Origin: an uncultured Chloroflexia bacterium
GTDB taxonomy: Bacteria; Chloroflexota; Dehalococcoidia; DSTF01; JALHUB01
Assembly: GCA_963703345.1 (NCBI GenBank)
Contig: OY969814.1
Coordinates: 128,001-192,000, forward strand
Length of the DNA: 64,000 nucleotides
Direction of reading: 5' to 3'
The stretch's first letter is position 1. Each line of letters opens with the position of its first letter. The translations under genes were made by a program, and so were the position numbers. The notes beneath the pieces are model-generated. The model was not told the DNA's origin and did not search any database. It saw nothing but the letters and a program-made list of their open reading frames with translations. Of the stretch, positions 40,628 to 49,116 are shown piece by piece.

Positions 40628-41488
40628 TCAAGGCACCGAACAGGTCGCGATCGCCCCCCACAGCGTCTTGATCTCGCGAGAGGCAGCACCGTCGGACGTC
40701 TCCACGACGGGCCTTCCCTGAACAATCGCGCTATTGACGTCGGGGTCAAACGGTATTCTGCCAACGACCTCAACTCCGGCATCGCCGCAGTGGTCCTCTA
40801 TACGGCGAGTGTTCTCCTCGCTGAGGTCGCACTTGTTGATGCAGACGAGCGGGCCGACGCCGAAGTGGCGGCAGAGACCAAGCACCCGCTCAAGGTCGTG
40901 GATACCGCTGAGGCTGGGCTCGGTCACGATCAGGGCCATGCCGGCCCCCGATAGCGATGAGATGACGGGACAGCCGATGCCCGGCGGGCCGTCGCTCAGG
41001 ATGTAGCGCGCGCTCGTCTCCTGGGCCATCTCGCGCGCCCTTTTCCTGACCGCCATCACCAGCTTGCCGGAGTTCTCCTGGGCGGCCCGCAGGCGGGCGT
41101 GGACGAGCGGCCCGAATCTGGTCCGCGAGACGTACCATTGGCCCGCCAGCGTGTCCCGCATCGAAATGGCGTTGAGCGGGCAGACCTGGAGGCACAAGCC
41201 GCAACCTTCGCAGGCCAGGGGGTCGACGCGGAAGTCGTGTATCGCGTCGAAGCGACAGGCGTCAACACAGAGGCCGCACTCGTTGCATGCCTCTGAGTCG
41301 ATGTGGGCCACCTGCAGCCCGTAGAACTCGTGCGCCTCCTCGGCCTGCGGTGCAAGCAAGAGGTGGAGGTTGGGCGCGTCAACATCGCAGTCGCAGAGGA
41401 CGCTGTTCTCGGCGAGCGCAGCGAAGGAGGCGAGCACCGTTGTCTTGCCCGTGCCGCCCTTGCCGCTGAGCACCACTATCTCTTTCAA
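40628..41488 (-). CDS. MinD-like P-loop ATPase with inserted 4Fe-4S domain
   Basis: SGKGGTGKT, DCDVDAPNL, two ferredoxin Cys motifs, ENSGKLV, DGPPGIGCPV. Confidence 0.92.
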   Translation of the reverse strand: MKEIVVLSGKGGTGKTTVLASFAALAENSVLCDCDVDAPNLHLLLAPQAEEAHEFYGLQVAHIDSEACNECGLCVDACRFDAIHDFRVDPLACEGCGLCLQVCPLNAISMRDTLAGQWYVSRTRFGPLVHARLRAAQENSGKLVMAVRKRAREMAQETSARYILSDGPPGIGCPVISSLSGAGMALIVTEPSLSGIHDLERVLGLCRHFGVGPLVCINKCDLSEENTRRIEDHCGDAGVEVVGRIPFDPDVNSAIVQGRPVVETSDGAASREIKTLWGAIATCSVP

Positions 41489-42342
41489 TTGACACTCCCC
41501 ACGGCCGCGAGCCCTCTGACGCTGTCGAAGAGCTCGCGGAACCCCTGCTGCCAGGACGGCATCGCAGCGGCCAGGGTCTCGCCGCGGCAGTAGGCCTCGG
41601 CGATCCGCCTGTCGAAGGGGATGCGCATCAGCACCGGTATCCCCTCCTGGGCGCAGTAGCGTTCCACGCCGTCGTTTCCCTCTCCATCGCGGTTGATGAC
41701 CACGCCGCAGGGCACGTTGATCTCCCTCGCCACCTCAACGGCGATCGTCAGATCGCTGAGCCCGAAGGGGGTCGGCTCCGTGACGAGGAGGCAGAAGTCG
41801 CTCCCCCGGATCGTCTCGACCACCGGGCACGACGTGCCGGGCGGCGCATCGAGGATGACGGTGGCCGCCGGGTCGGCGAGGCCTTTGACCGCGCGGATGA
41901 CCGGCCCCGCCATCGCTTCGCCGACGTTGAGCCGCCCACCGACGAAACGGATTCCGCCGACATGCCCGCTCTCGACGGCGCCTACCTCTCGCCCCTCTTC
42001 GCTGATCGCGCCCGCCGGGCAGACGTAGGAGCAGGCGCCGCAGCCGTGACACAGCTCACGGAAGACGAGGACGCTGCGGCCCGCCACGGCGATGGCGTTG
42101 TAGGCGCACGCTTCCGAGCAAAGCCCGCAGTAGGTGCACCTCTCCTTGTCGACCACGGGCACCGGAACGGTCACCGGCTGAGAGGAATCGATCTCCGGAC
42201 GCAGGAGGATGTGCGCGTTGGGCTCCTCGACGTCGCAGTCCAACAACTGCACCGGCATCTGTCCCTCCAGGGACAGAGCCAGGCTGGTGGCAACGAGCGT
42301 CTTCCCTGTGCCTCCCTTGCCGCTGGCGACGGAAAGAATCAT
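41485..42342 (-). CDS. MinD-like P-loop ATPase with inserted 4Fe-4S domain
   Basis: ASGKGGTGKT, DCDVEEPN, two ferredoxin motifs, DAPPGTSCPV, TEPTPFG. Confidence 0.92.
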   Translation of the reverse strand: MILSVASGKGGTGKTLVATSLALSLEGQMPVQLLDCDVEEPNAHILLRPEIDSSQPVTVPVPVVDKERCTYCGLCSEACAYNAIAVAGRSVLVFRELCHGCGACSYVCPAGAISEEGREVGAVESGHVGGIRFVGGRLNVGEAMAGPVIRAVKGLADPAATVILDAPPGTSCPVVETIRGSDFCLLVTEPTPFGLSDLTIAVEVAREINVPCGVVINRDGEGNDGVERYCAQEGIPVLMRIPFDRRIAEAYCRGETLAAAMPSWQQGFRELFDSVRGLAAVGSVN

Positions 42343-42386
42343 CTGCCTTTTCCCGTTCGGATTACTTGAATAAACTGGCCTTCGGC

Positions 42387-42839
42387 CTATCGCCGGCGGC
42401 CTCCACCGCGGCCGCCTCCCATGCCGCCGCTAGGACCGCCGCCCATCCGACCGCTGCGGCCTCCGCCCATGCCACCTCTCATGCCCGCGCCGGGACCGGT
42501 CGAGGCTCGGGCGACAGGGGAGAACTCTCCTCTCTTGAATGCCTCGACCACATCACGCAACTTACCGGACGTGCCCGCATACACGGGAATGCCGGCGGTC
42601 GATAGCACCTGGTAGGCGTTAGGGCCGCAGTCGCCGGTGACGACCGCCTCCACGCCCTTCTCGACGATGAGCTGGGCGGCCTGGATGCCGGCGCCGCCGG
42701 GAGCGGTCATCGCCGGGTTCTCGATTGCCTCGAACTCCATGCTCTCGCTGTCGACAACCAGCAGGTATTGGCACCTTCCGAAGCGGGCGTCGAGGTCGGC
42801 GTCAAGGTGCGGCGCCGTCGCTGAGACTGCTATCTTCAT
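42387..42839 (-). CDS. NifB/NifX family (Orange protein-like) with Gly/Arg tail
   Basis: RFGRC, GGAGIQAAQ, GDCGPNA. Confidence 0.9.
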   Translation of the reverse strand: MKIAVSATAPHLDADLDARFGRCQYLLVVDSESMEFEAIENPAMTAPGGAGIQAAQLIVEKGVEAVVTGDCGPNAYQVLSTAGIPVYAGTSGKLRDVVEAFKRGEFSPVARASTGPGAGMRGGMGGGRSGRMGGGPSGGMGGGRGGGRRR

Positions 42840-42908
42840 CCTGCCTCCTAATCTGGTGCAGGCGAGGCGGGGAAGGGAGTCTACCCTGCCTGCCCGCTCA
42901 CGTAGGGG

Positions 42909-43262
42909 TTACTCCTCTTCAGCGGTGCTCTCCATCTCTTCGATGCGCTTCTTAGTTTCCCGAAGCGCCTCCTCGAAGTAGCTGGCTTGGTTCTTCAGGG
43001 CCGTCACCTCGTCCTCCGGGCTGTAGCTCGGGGGATAGGCCGGGCCGAAGGCTGGAGCGTACGAGCCGTAGGGCGTTCCCCACAGCTGCGGTCCTCTGCC
43101 AAAGCCGCGACCGCGTCCTCTGCCGAAGCCTCGTCCCCAACCTTGGCCCCGTCCGCCGCGGCCAAGGCCACGTCCGGGCAGGGGGTAGCCGGCGCAGTGA
43201 CCCGCGCCTCGGCCGGTCATCGGCCCGAGGCCTTGGGGTCCTGTTCTGTCTCCGAATGGCAT
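42909..43262 (-). CDS. DUF5320-like Gly/Arg-rich protein
   Basis: MPFGDRTGP.G.GPMTGRGAGHC; C-terminal coiled coil. Confidence 0.85.
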   Translation of the reverse strand: MPFGDRTGPQGLGPMTGRGAGHCAGYPLPGRGLGRGGRGQGWGRGFGRGRGRGFGRGPQLWGTPYGSYAPAFGPAYPPSYSPEDEVTALKNQASYFEEALRETKKRIEEMESTAEEE

Positions 43263-43357
43263 GTGATTTCACCTCCTCTCGTTAGTCGTGTTCTCTGAAC
43301 ATCATGTCCTGTGCCCAATCATGCCGACGGGTCCGTTCCATCAGCATCGTAATGTCT

Positions 43358-43546
43358 TTAGCAACGCTCGCCGCGCATCGTCGTGCCACACTTCGGGCAG
43401 GCGATGGCGGTGCAGGGTGTTCCCCGCCGATGCGGCTGCGTGTGCCCGCAGCTCGGGCAGCGGCAGACCATCGACCCGCCCAGGCCGCGACCCGTCCCCG
43501 AACCGCCTGCCGGGCGTCCCTCTTGACCTTTGCCTCTTCCGAACAT
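43358..43546 (-). CDS. Small Gly-rich/Cys-rich protein
   Basis: CRCPSCG..HRRGTPC...CPKCG; AAGGAGG RBS. Confidence 0.75.
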   Translation of the reverse strand: MFGRGKGQEGRPAGGSGTGRGLGGSMVCRCPSCGHTQPHRRGTPCTAIACPKCGTTMRGERC

Positions 43547-43564
43547 GACATGCCTCCTTTTCCG

Positions 43565-44069
43565 TTACCGACCGCGTCCACCCCGCCACCGTCGCCGGAT
43601 CCCGCGGGAGTCCATCAGCGGAGCCGCGGGAAGCGTTTTGCCCCGGGGGTTGCGCCGGGTAGATTCGAGGCCACCTCGGTCCCACGTGGACGGACGTCTT
43701 CTGTCGAGCCACCAGCCTGCGAGACCGCCGACAAACCGGGCCGCCAGCGGGAGAACGCCCACCCACAGTGGGGATGGCGTTGTCGCTGGAAACGTGAGTG
43801 CGGGGGTTCTCGCTGGCTTCGCAGGCCGGGCGACGGCTGTCGTATCGGCACGCATGATCGGCGCCGCGTTGGCAGCAACCGCGACCACCGGCGCCGGCTC
43901 AACCTCGTAGATGGCGCCGACCGGGCAGAGGCGCAGACAGGCGCCGCATTCAGCGCACAGGTCGCGGTCGATTACTAGCTTGCCCTCTGCCAGCGAAAGC
44001 GCTTGCCAGGGACAGGCTTCGACGCAGTCGCCGCACAGTGTGCATTTCTTCTCGTTCAACAAAGATCAT
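43565..44069 (-). CDS. 2x[4Fe-4S] ferredoxin-domain protein; possible frameshift at codon 5
   Basis: CTLCGDCVEACP and CAECGACLRLCP; the RBS-coupled ATG at 44069 is 1 nt out of frame, alternative TTG at 44059/44062. Confidence 0.7.
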
Positions 44070-44554
44070 CCTCTTCCTCCTCTCCAACGGCGCCCCCGCT
44101 GGCCCTGCCCTCCGCCCCATCCACGACCGCCCGCGCCGCCGGGGAACACGGGAAGGACCTCCGGGGTGCGGCAGTCGGGACAGACGATGGGCTGGCGCGA
44201 TGCCAGGGCGTCGAACGGGACCTGCCACTCGTGGCCGAGAGGGGCACAGCGGAAGCGCTGGCTCGGCAGGGCAAAATTGCCCCCTTCAATGCGGAGGGCT
44301 TTGCCTTCGGCAAGCACGGTAGCTATCTTGTGATGCGCCGAGCGTAGTATCCGGTGAAACGTGGGACGGGAGACGCCCATCTTCTCGGCGGCCTCCTGCT
44401 GCTCCAGGCCCAGCAGGTCTTTCAGCCGGATGGCTTCCGCCTCCTCCACGGCCAGGGTTACTTCCTCCAGCAGGCGCAACGGGATGCCGGCCGGCTTGAA
44501 ATAGGTCGCCAGCGGCATCTCTGATACTCTGCGGCACTTGACTGGTCTCGACAT
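44066..44554 (-). CDS. DUF134 family DNA-binding protein with zinc-ribbon-like tail
   Basis: MSRPVKCRRV, YFKPAG, EEAEAIRLKD, MGVSRPTF, IEGG. Confidence 0.9.
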   Translation of the reverse strand: MSRPVKCRRVSEMPLATYFKPAGIPLRLLEEVTLAVEEAEAIRLKDLLGLEQQEAAEKMGVSRPTFHRILRSAHHKIATVLAEGKALRIEGGNFALPSQRFRCAPLGHEWQVPFDALASRQPIVCPDCRTPEVLPVFPGGAGGRGWGGGQGQRGRRWRGGRG

Positions 44555-44568
44555 GGTTGCTTCACCTA

Positions 44569-44611
44569 ATGAAACTATGTTCATAATAATCCACCCTATG
44601 TCGGCTGTCAA
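44569..44611 (-). promoter_or_regulatory. Promoter and candidate operator of the DUF134 operon
   Basis: TTGACA-17 nt-TATTAT; palindrome ATGAA-N6-TTCAT at 44569-44584 abutting the -10 box. Confidence 0.65.
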
Positions 44612-44689
44612 GGGGGTGGGAATGATGACCTGCCTCGGGCCATGGAGTTACCATGAGTGCGAGCACCTTTAGTCGTTGGGAGAAGCGAA

Positions 44690-44977
44690 ATGCGGGGTAA
44701 GGCTCGGCCGGCGGAGATCATACTTGAGCCCGACCTATCTCGCTGCATTGAGACCGTCGCGCGGGAGGAGTTCAGGCGCGGCGTGCAAGCGCTCGCCGCC
44801 GGGAAGGGAAATGAGGCGCTCGCCGAGAGGAGCGAAGTCCTCCGGCTTTTCCTGGAGGGCGCTGACTTCAAGGAACTACGAGGGCGCTCCGAGCCTCACC
44901 TGTTGGAAGGGAAGAGGGTCAGATTCTCCGTATTCGTCGAACGCGGCGCTGTACGCTGGCGGATGGACGTGCTCTAG
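44690..44977 (+). CDS. Hypothetical protein
   Basis: Plausible globular ORF divergent from DUF134; start uncertain (44657 or 44690). Confidence 0.55.
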   Translation: MRGKARPAEIILEPDLSRCIETVAREEFRRGVQALAAGKGNEALAERSEVLRLFLEGADFKELRGRSEPHLLEGKRVRFSVFVERGAVRWRMDVL

Positions 44978-45060
44978 CGCAGGCCATCGGCGGATGACAG
45001 GGGTAGCTCCCCCAGAGGTATCCGCACCCCATCCGGTAGCCTGCCCTCGAAGATTTCGTC

Positions 45061-45954
45061 TTAAGGCGACTGCGATACGCGAAGATGCTGCCTCAGGTGG
45101 CGAACGATTTCCGCCGCCAGCGAGTCGGGAGAGCCCTCGATCAAGCCTCCCTGACGCTCGCGCACCCCACCACTGATGGCCATCATCCAACGCTCTTCTG
45201 GAGGCAGGTCGCTGCCCGGGTCAACCAGGCCGCGTGGATCAGGAGGAGGCCTTCGCAACGCAGTCGTTCGCAGCGCAGAGCCCGCTTCTCCGACATCCGC
45301 CGACTCCAGTCTCAGCTCCGCGATTCCCCAACAGGGGATGGGAGCTGAGCGTGCTTGGAGTCTAGAGCGCAAAGTCGGATAGCGCGGGACATTTGCTGCC
45401 GCACCCACCGTAATGAGCGCTGGCAAGGGCGTTCTCTCCAGCACGCGATAGCCACCGCCGGTCCGCCGCTCTGTCAGCAGGCAATCTCCATCAGGCGCGA
45501 CTTCCACCGTCGAGACCTTGTCTACCATCGCCAATCCCAGCAGCTCGGCCAGCTGCGCGCCTACCAGGCCACTGCCGCCATCGAGCGAAAGCTCCCCGCA
45601 GACGACAACGTCGGCCCCCACCTTGTCGACAGCGGCCGCCAGTATCCGCGCCGTCCCCAGACAGTCCGACCCCGCGAAGGCATCGTCCCACAACCGCACC
45701 ACTTCGTCCACGCCCTGGGCGATAGCTTCCCGCAGCGCGCCCTCTTGAAACGACGGGCCCATGCTGGCGGCGACGACGCGGCTGCCGGGTCGAGAATCTC
45801 GCAAGCTGAGGGCGGCCTCGAGGCCGTTGGCATCCGCTGGGTTCAGGACACGCGGGAGGGTCGCCTCGTCGATCTTGAGGGCGCCCCTCTCTGCCTCAAG
45901 AGGCTCTTGCGTATCGACAACGCTTGTGACGCAAGCAAGGACCGTCAGGGCCAT
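45061..45954 (-). CDS. etfB: Electron transfer flavoprotein subunit beta
   Basis: LNPAD..LEAAL, SMGP, G..SLDG.SG.VG, N.PRYP. Confidence 0.88.
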   Translation of the reverse strand: MALTVLACVTSVVDTQEPLEAERGALKIDEATLPRVLNPADANGLEAALSLRDSRPGSRVVAASMGPSFQEGALREAIAQGVDEVVRLWDDAFAGSDCLGTARILAAAVDKVGADVVVCGELSLDGGSGLVGAQLAELLGLAMVDKVSTVEVAPDGDCLLTERRTGGGYRVLERTPLPALITVGAAANVPRYPTLRSRLQARSAPIPCWGIAELRLESADVGEAGSALRTTALRRPPPDPRGLVDPGSDLPPEERWMMAISGGVRERQGGLIEGSPDSLAAEIVRHLRQHLRVSQSP

Positions 45955-46991
45955 GCGTCACCTTCCTGTACGCTTTCCAATGCTCGCCGCACCTGCCCTT
46001 CCCTATTGCCCGCGCCTTCGAGCTTCTCCAACACTCGCGGGATGACCTCGTGGATATCACCGAGAATAGCGACGTCGGCAATCTTGAAGATGGGGGCGCT
46101 CTTGTCGCTATTGATCGCGATCACCGACTTCGCGTCCTTCATGCCGACGACGTGGTGCGTTGCTCCAGAGATACCGCAGGCGACATAGAGGCGCGGCGCA
46201 ACCGTCTTCCCCGAAAGGCCTACCTGCCTATGCGCCGGGACCCAGCCGGCGTCCACGGCCGCTCGGCTCGCTGCCAGGGCGCCTCCCAACTTTTGCGCCA
46301 GCCTTTCCAGCATGGCGAACCCGTCCGGCCCGCCGACACCTCTACCGCCGGCGACGATGACATCTGCGCTCATAAGGTCCATCTCGCGCGGCGGGTCGCG
46401 GACCTCCGCTTCGACAGTCGACCTGCGTGCGACGATCATCGAGACGGGCAATCGGACCATTTCCGCCTCGCAAGGCGTTGCGGTGTGCTTTCCGTAGCCG
46501 GGCTGGAAGGTAGCGATCTGAGGGACCGACCGACAGACCACTCTGGCCGATAGTCTTCCCGCATAGACCGGCCTGTTCACCAGCAGATAGCCATCGCCGT
46601 CGACATCCAGCTTTGTGCACTCGGACGCCAGACCCGAACCCAGTCTTGCAGCGAGCCTTGCAGCCAGCACCCGCATCGTCCGATCGGACGGGAATAGGAT
46701 GATGCGCGGCTCACGCTGCCGGACAGCAGCCTCCAAGATGGGCAGACAGACATCGGGGTGCTGGTGTGAGAGGTTGGGATGATCGCATAGGTAGGCCAGC
46801 TGTGCGCCGTGCCGGCCAAGGGCGGGCACCGAACGCTCGGCCTTGTCGTGAAGAACGACCGCCGCGAGTGTGGCGCCCAAACGGTCGCCGAGCCCCCGTC
46901 CCTCCGCCAGGAGCTCCAACGACGCGTCCTCCACCTCTCCGTCCCTGAGGCCGATGACTACCCAGACCTCAAGCTTCTTGTCTACGTTCAT
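45945..46991 (-). CDS. etfA: Electron transfer flavoprotein subunit alpha
   Basis: VAGGRG, ASRAAVDAGW, QVGLSGKTVAP, GISGATHH..GM. Confidence 0.92.
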   Translation of the reverse strand: MNVDKKLEVWVVIGLRDGEVEDASLELLAEGRGLGDRLGATLAAVVLHDKAERSVPALGRHGAQLAYLCDHPNLSHQHPDVCLPILEAAVRQREPRIILFPSDRTMRVLAARLAARLGSGLASECTKLDVDGDGYLLVNRPVYAGRLSARVVCRSVPQIATFQPGYGKHTATPCEAEMVRLPVSMIVARRSTVEAEVRDPPREMDLMSADVIVAGGRGVGGPDGFAMLERLAQKLGGALAASRAAVDAGWVPAHRQVGLSGKTVAPRLYVACGISGATHHVVGMKDAKSVIAINSDKSAPIFKIADVAILGDIHEVIPRVLEKLEGAGNREGQVRRALESVQEGDAWP

Positions 46992-47133
46992 GGCGCGATT
47001 ATACGCCCACCAACCCGCTCAAGTGTGTCTGATTGGGACATCCCGAATGGGAACGCAATTGACCTGCGTCGGCACTACCCATAGAATGCGAGTCGCCGGT
47101 TCCGCTGATTGCCCTATCCTGAGGAGGCACAGA

Positions 47134-49080
47134 ATGACGACCCCAACTCCCGAGCTGAAGCATCTGTTCACGCCCCTGAAGATAGGCGCATTCACCGTGA
47201 AAAACCGCATCGTGAGCACGGGCCACCTGAGCAACTTCGCCGTTCAGGGACTTCCCTCCGAGCGCCACTTCAACTACTGGGTCAACAAAGCGCGAGGCGG
47301 CGTCGGCCTGATCGTGACGGAGGACCAGGCGGTGCACCGGAGCGGCGGCTCGGAGCCGTTCGTCATCCAGGCCTATCGCGACGAATGCGTCGAGCCGTTC
47401 CGGCGGATCACTTCCGCGGTCCACGAACACGGGACAAAGATGGTCGCGCAGCTCTTCCATCCGGCGAGCAACTGGTTCCCAACACGCGAGGAGGGTCTGC
47501 CTCTCTGGTCTGCGGGACCGGTGTCGGCCAACTTCAGCTTCGAATCGACTCACGAGATCGACCGGGAAGAGATCCAGGAGGTTATCGACAGTTATGCCTC
47601 TGGCGCGGTCCGCATGAAGGAAGCGGGGCTGGACGGCGTCGAGCTGATGGGCGCGCACGGCTTCCTGATGGAGCAATTCCTCTCGCCGCGGACGAATCGC
47701 CGCACGGACCAGTACGGCGGCACCGAAGAGAACCGGACGCGGTTCGTGAAGGAGCTGATGGCGGCGGTCCGGCAGGCGGTGGGAAAGGATTTCACCGTCG
47801 GAATGCGGATTAGCGGCGACCAGTTCCAGCGTGGCGGCCTCGCCCTCGACGACATGAAACGCATCTGCGGCTCTCTCGCGGATACGGGCGACGTCGACTA
47901 CCTGAGCGTTTCGATCGGCATGGGCGGCGCGATCATCCCGCCGATGTACGTGGCCTCGGCTGCCTTCGTCTACCTGGCGGCGGGAATCAAGGAAGAGGTT
48001 GACATTCCGGTCTTCTGCGCCGGGCGCATCGTCGACCCTATCAAGGCGGAAGACATCCTCGCGAAGAACCAGGCGGACATGGTGGCGATGACCCGCGCCT
48101 GCCTCTGCGATCCTGAATTGCCGATGAAAGCGCAGGAGGGCCGGCTGGACGAGATTCGTTACTGTATCGGATGCAACGAGGGCTGCTGGGGAAGATCGGC
48201 GCAGAAGCTCCCCATAACCTGCGCCCTGAACCCCTCAGCGGGCCGCGAAGAGGAGATGAAGATAACGCCTGCGCCCACAAAGAAGAAGGTGATGGTGATA
48301 GGCGGAGGGCTCGCCGGCATGGAAGCGGCGCGGGTTGCAGCTCTGCGAGGTCACTCGGTCGCTCTCTATGAAAAGGGCGCAGAGCTCGGTGGCCAGCTCC
48401 AAATAGCGGCACGCGCTCCCGGTCGGCAGGACATGGCGGAGCCTGTCCGCTACTACCGGCGGCAATTCGAGCTGTTGGGCGTCGATCTGCATCTGGGGAC
48501 GGAAGTGACGCCGGAGCTGGTCGAACAGGAGGCCGCCGACGCCGTGATCGTCGCGACTGGCGGTGTCGCTGCCAAGGGATCTTTCCCCGGTTCAGACAAC
48601 TCGAACGTGGTGCTGGCGAGGGATGTCTTGTCGGGAAAGGCGGAGGTCGGCAAGAAGGTGGTGGTGCACTCCATGGACCGCTCGACCGAGGGCTTCACAA
48701 CCGCTGACTTCCTGCTGGAAAGCGGGCATGAAGTCGAGCTCCTCATCCCACATCCAATCGCGCCGTTGGCGACCGAGCCGATAACGTTCGGCTTCATCAT
48801 GACCCGAATCGCGCGGGCGGGCGGCAAGATCACGATGGGGCTGGACATCGCATCGTTCGACGGGAGTGGGCTGGTGTTGGGCGGCGTCTTCGGCGGGAAC
48901 GTCCAGGCGCGCGAAGGCGTCGACACGATCGTGGTGTCACGCGGCAGTAAGGCCAACGATGGGCTCTACAAGGCGCTCAAGGGACGGGTCAAGGAGCTCC
49001 ACGTGATCGGGCAGGCATTGGCGCCGCGCAAGATGCTAGAATCGACGCTCGACGGCTTGCGGATTGGCAGGACAATCTAG
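47134..49080 (+). CDS. NADH:flavin oxidoreductase (OYE-like TIM barrel, 4Fe-4S and FAD domains)
   Basis: KNRIV, GLDGVELMGAHG, NRRTDQYGG, CIGCNEGC..C, IGGGLAGMEAA. Confidence 0.92.
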   Translation: MTTPTPELKHLFTPLKIGAFTVKNRIVSTGHLSNFAVQGLPSERHFNYWVNKARGGVGLIVTEDQAVHRSGGSEPFVIQAYRDECVEPFRRITSAVHEHGTKMVAQLFHPASNWFPTREEGLPLWSAGPVSANFSFESTHEIDREEIQEVIDSYASGAVRMKEAGLDGVELMGAHGFLMEQFLSPRTNRRTDQYGGTEENRTRFVKELMAAVRQAVGKDFTVGMRISGDQFQRGGLALDDMKRICGSLADTGDVDYLSVSIGMGGAIIPPMYVASAAFVYLAAGIKEEVDIPVFCAGRIVDPIKAEDILAKNQADMVAMTRACLCDPELPMKAQEGRLDEIRYCIGCNEGCWGRSAQKLPITCALNPSAGREEEMKITPAPTKKKVMVIGGGLAGMEAARVAALRGHSVALYEKGAELGGQLQIAARAPGRQDMAEPVRYYRRQFELLGVDLHLGTEVTPELVEQEAADAVIVATGGVAAKGSFPGSDNSNVVLARDVLSGKAEVGKKVVVHSMDRSTEGFTTADFLLESGHEVELLIPHPIAPLATEPITFGFIMTRIARAGGKITMGLDIASFDGSGLVLGGVFGGNVQAREGVDTIVVSRGSKANDGLYKALKGRVKELHVIGQALAPRKMLESTLDGLRIGRTI

Positions 49081-49116
49081 CCCCTTCCTGCCAACTCGAT
49101 TGTCAGGGACGCTCAA

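Noticed and set aside
39938-42839. Nitrogen fixation cluster (NifB/NifX-family genes, NifH-like ATPases)
   Set aside because: No nifH/D/K. The ATPases are ferredoxin-inserted MinD type, and NifX-like domains occur widely outside nif.
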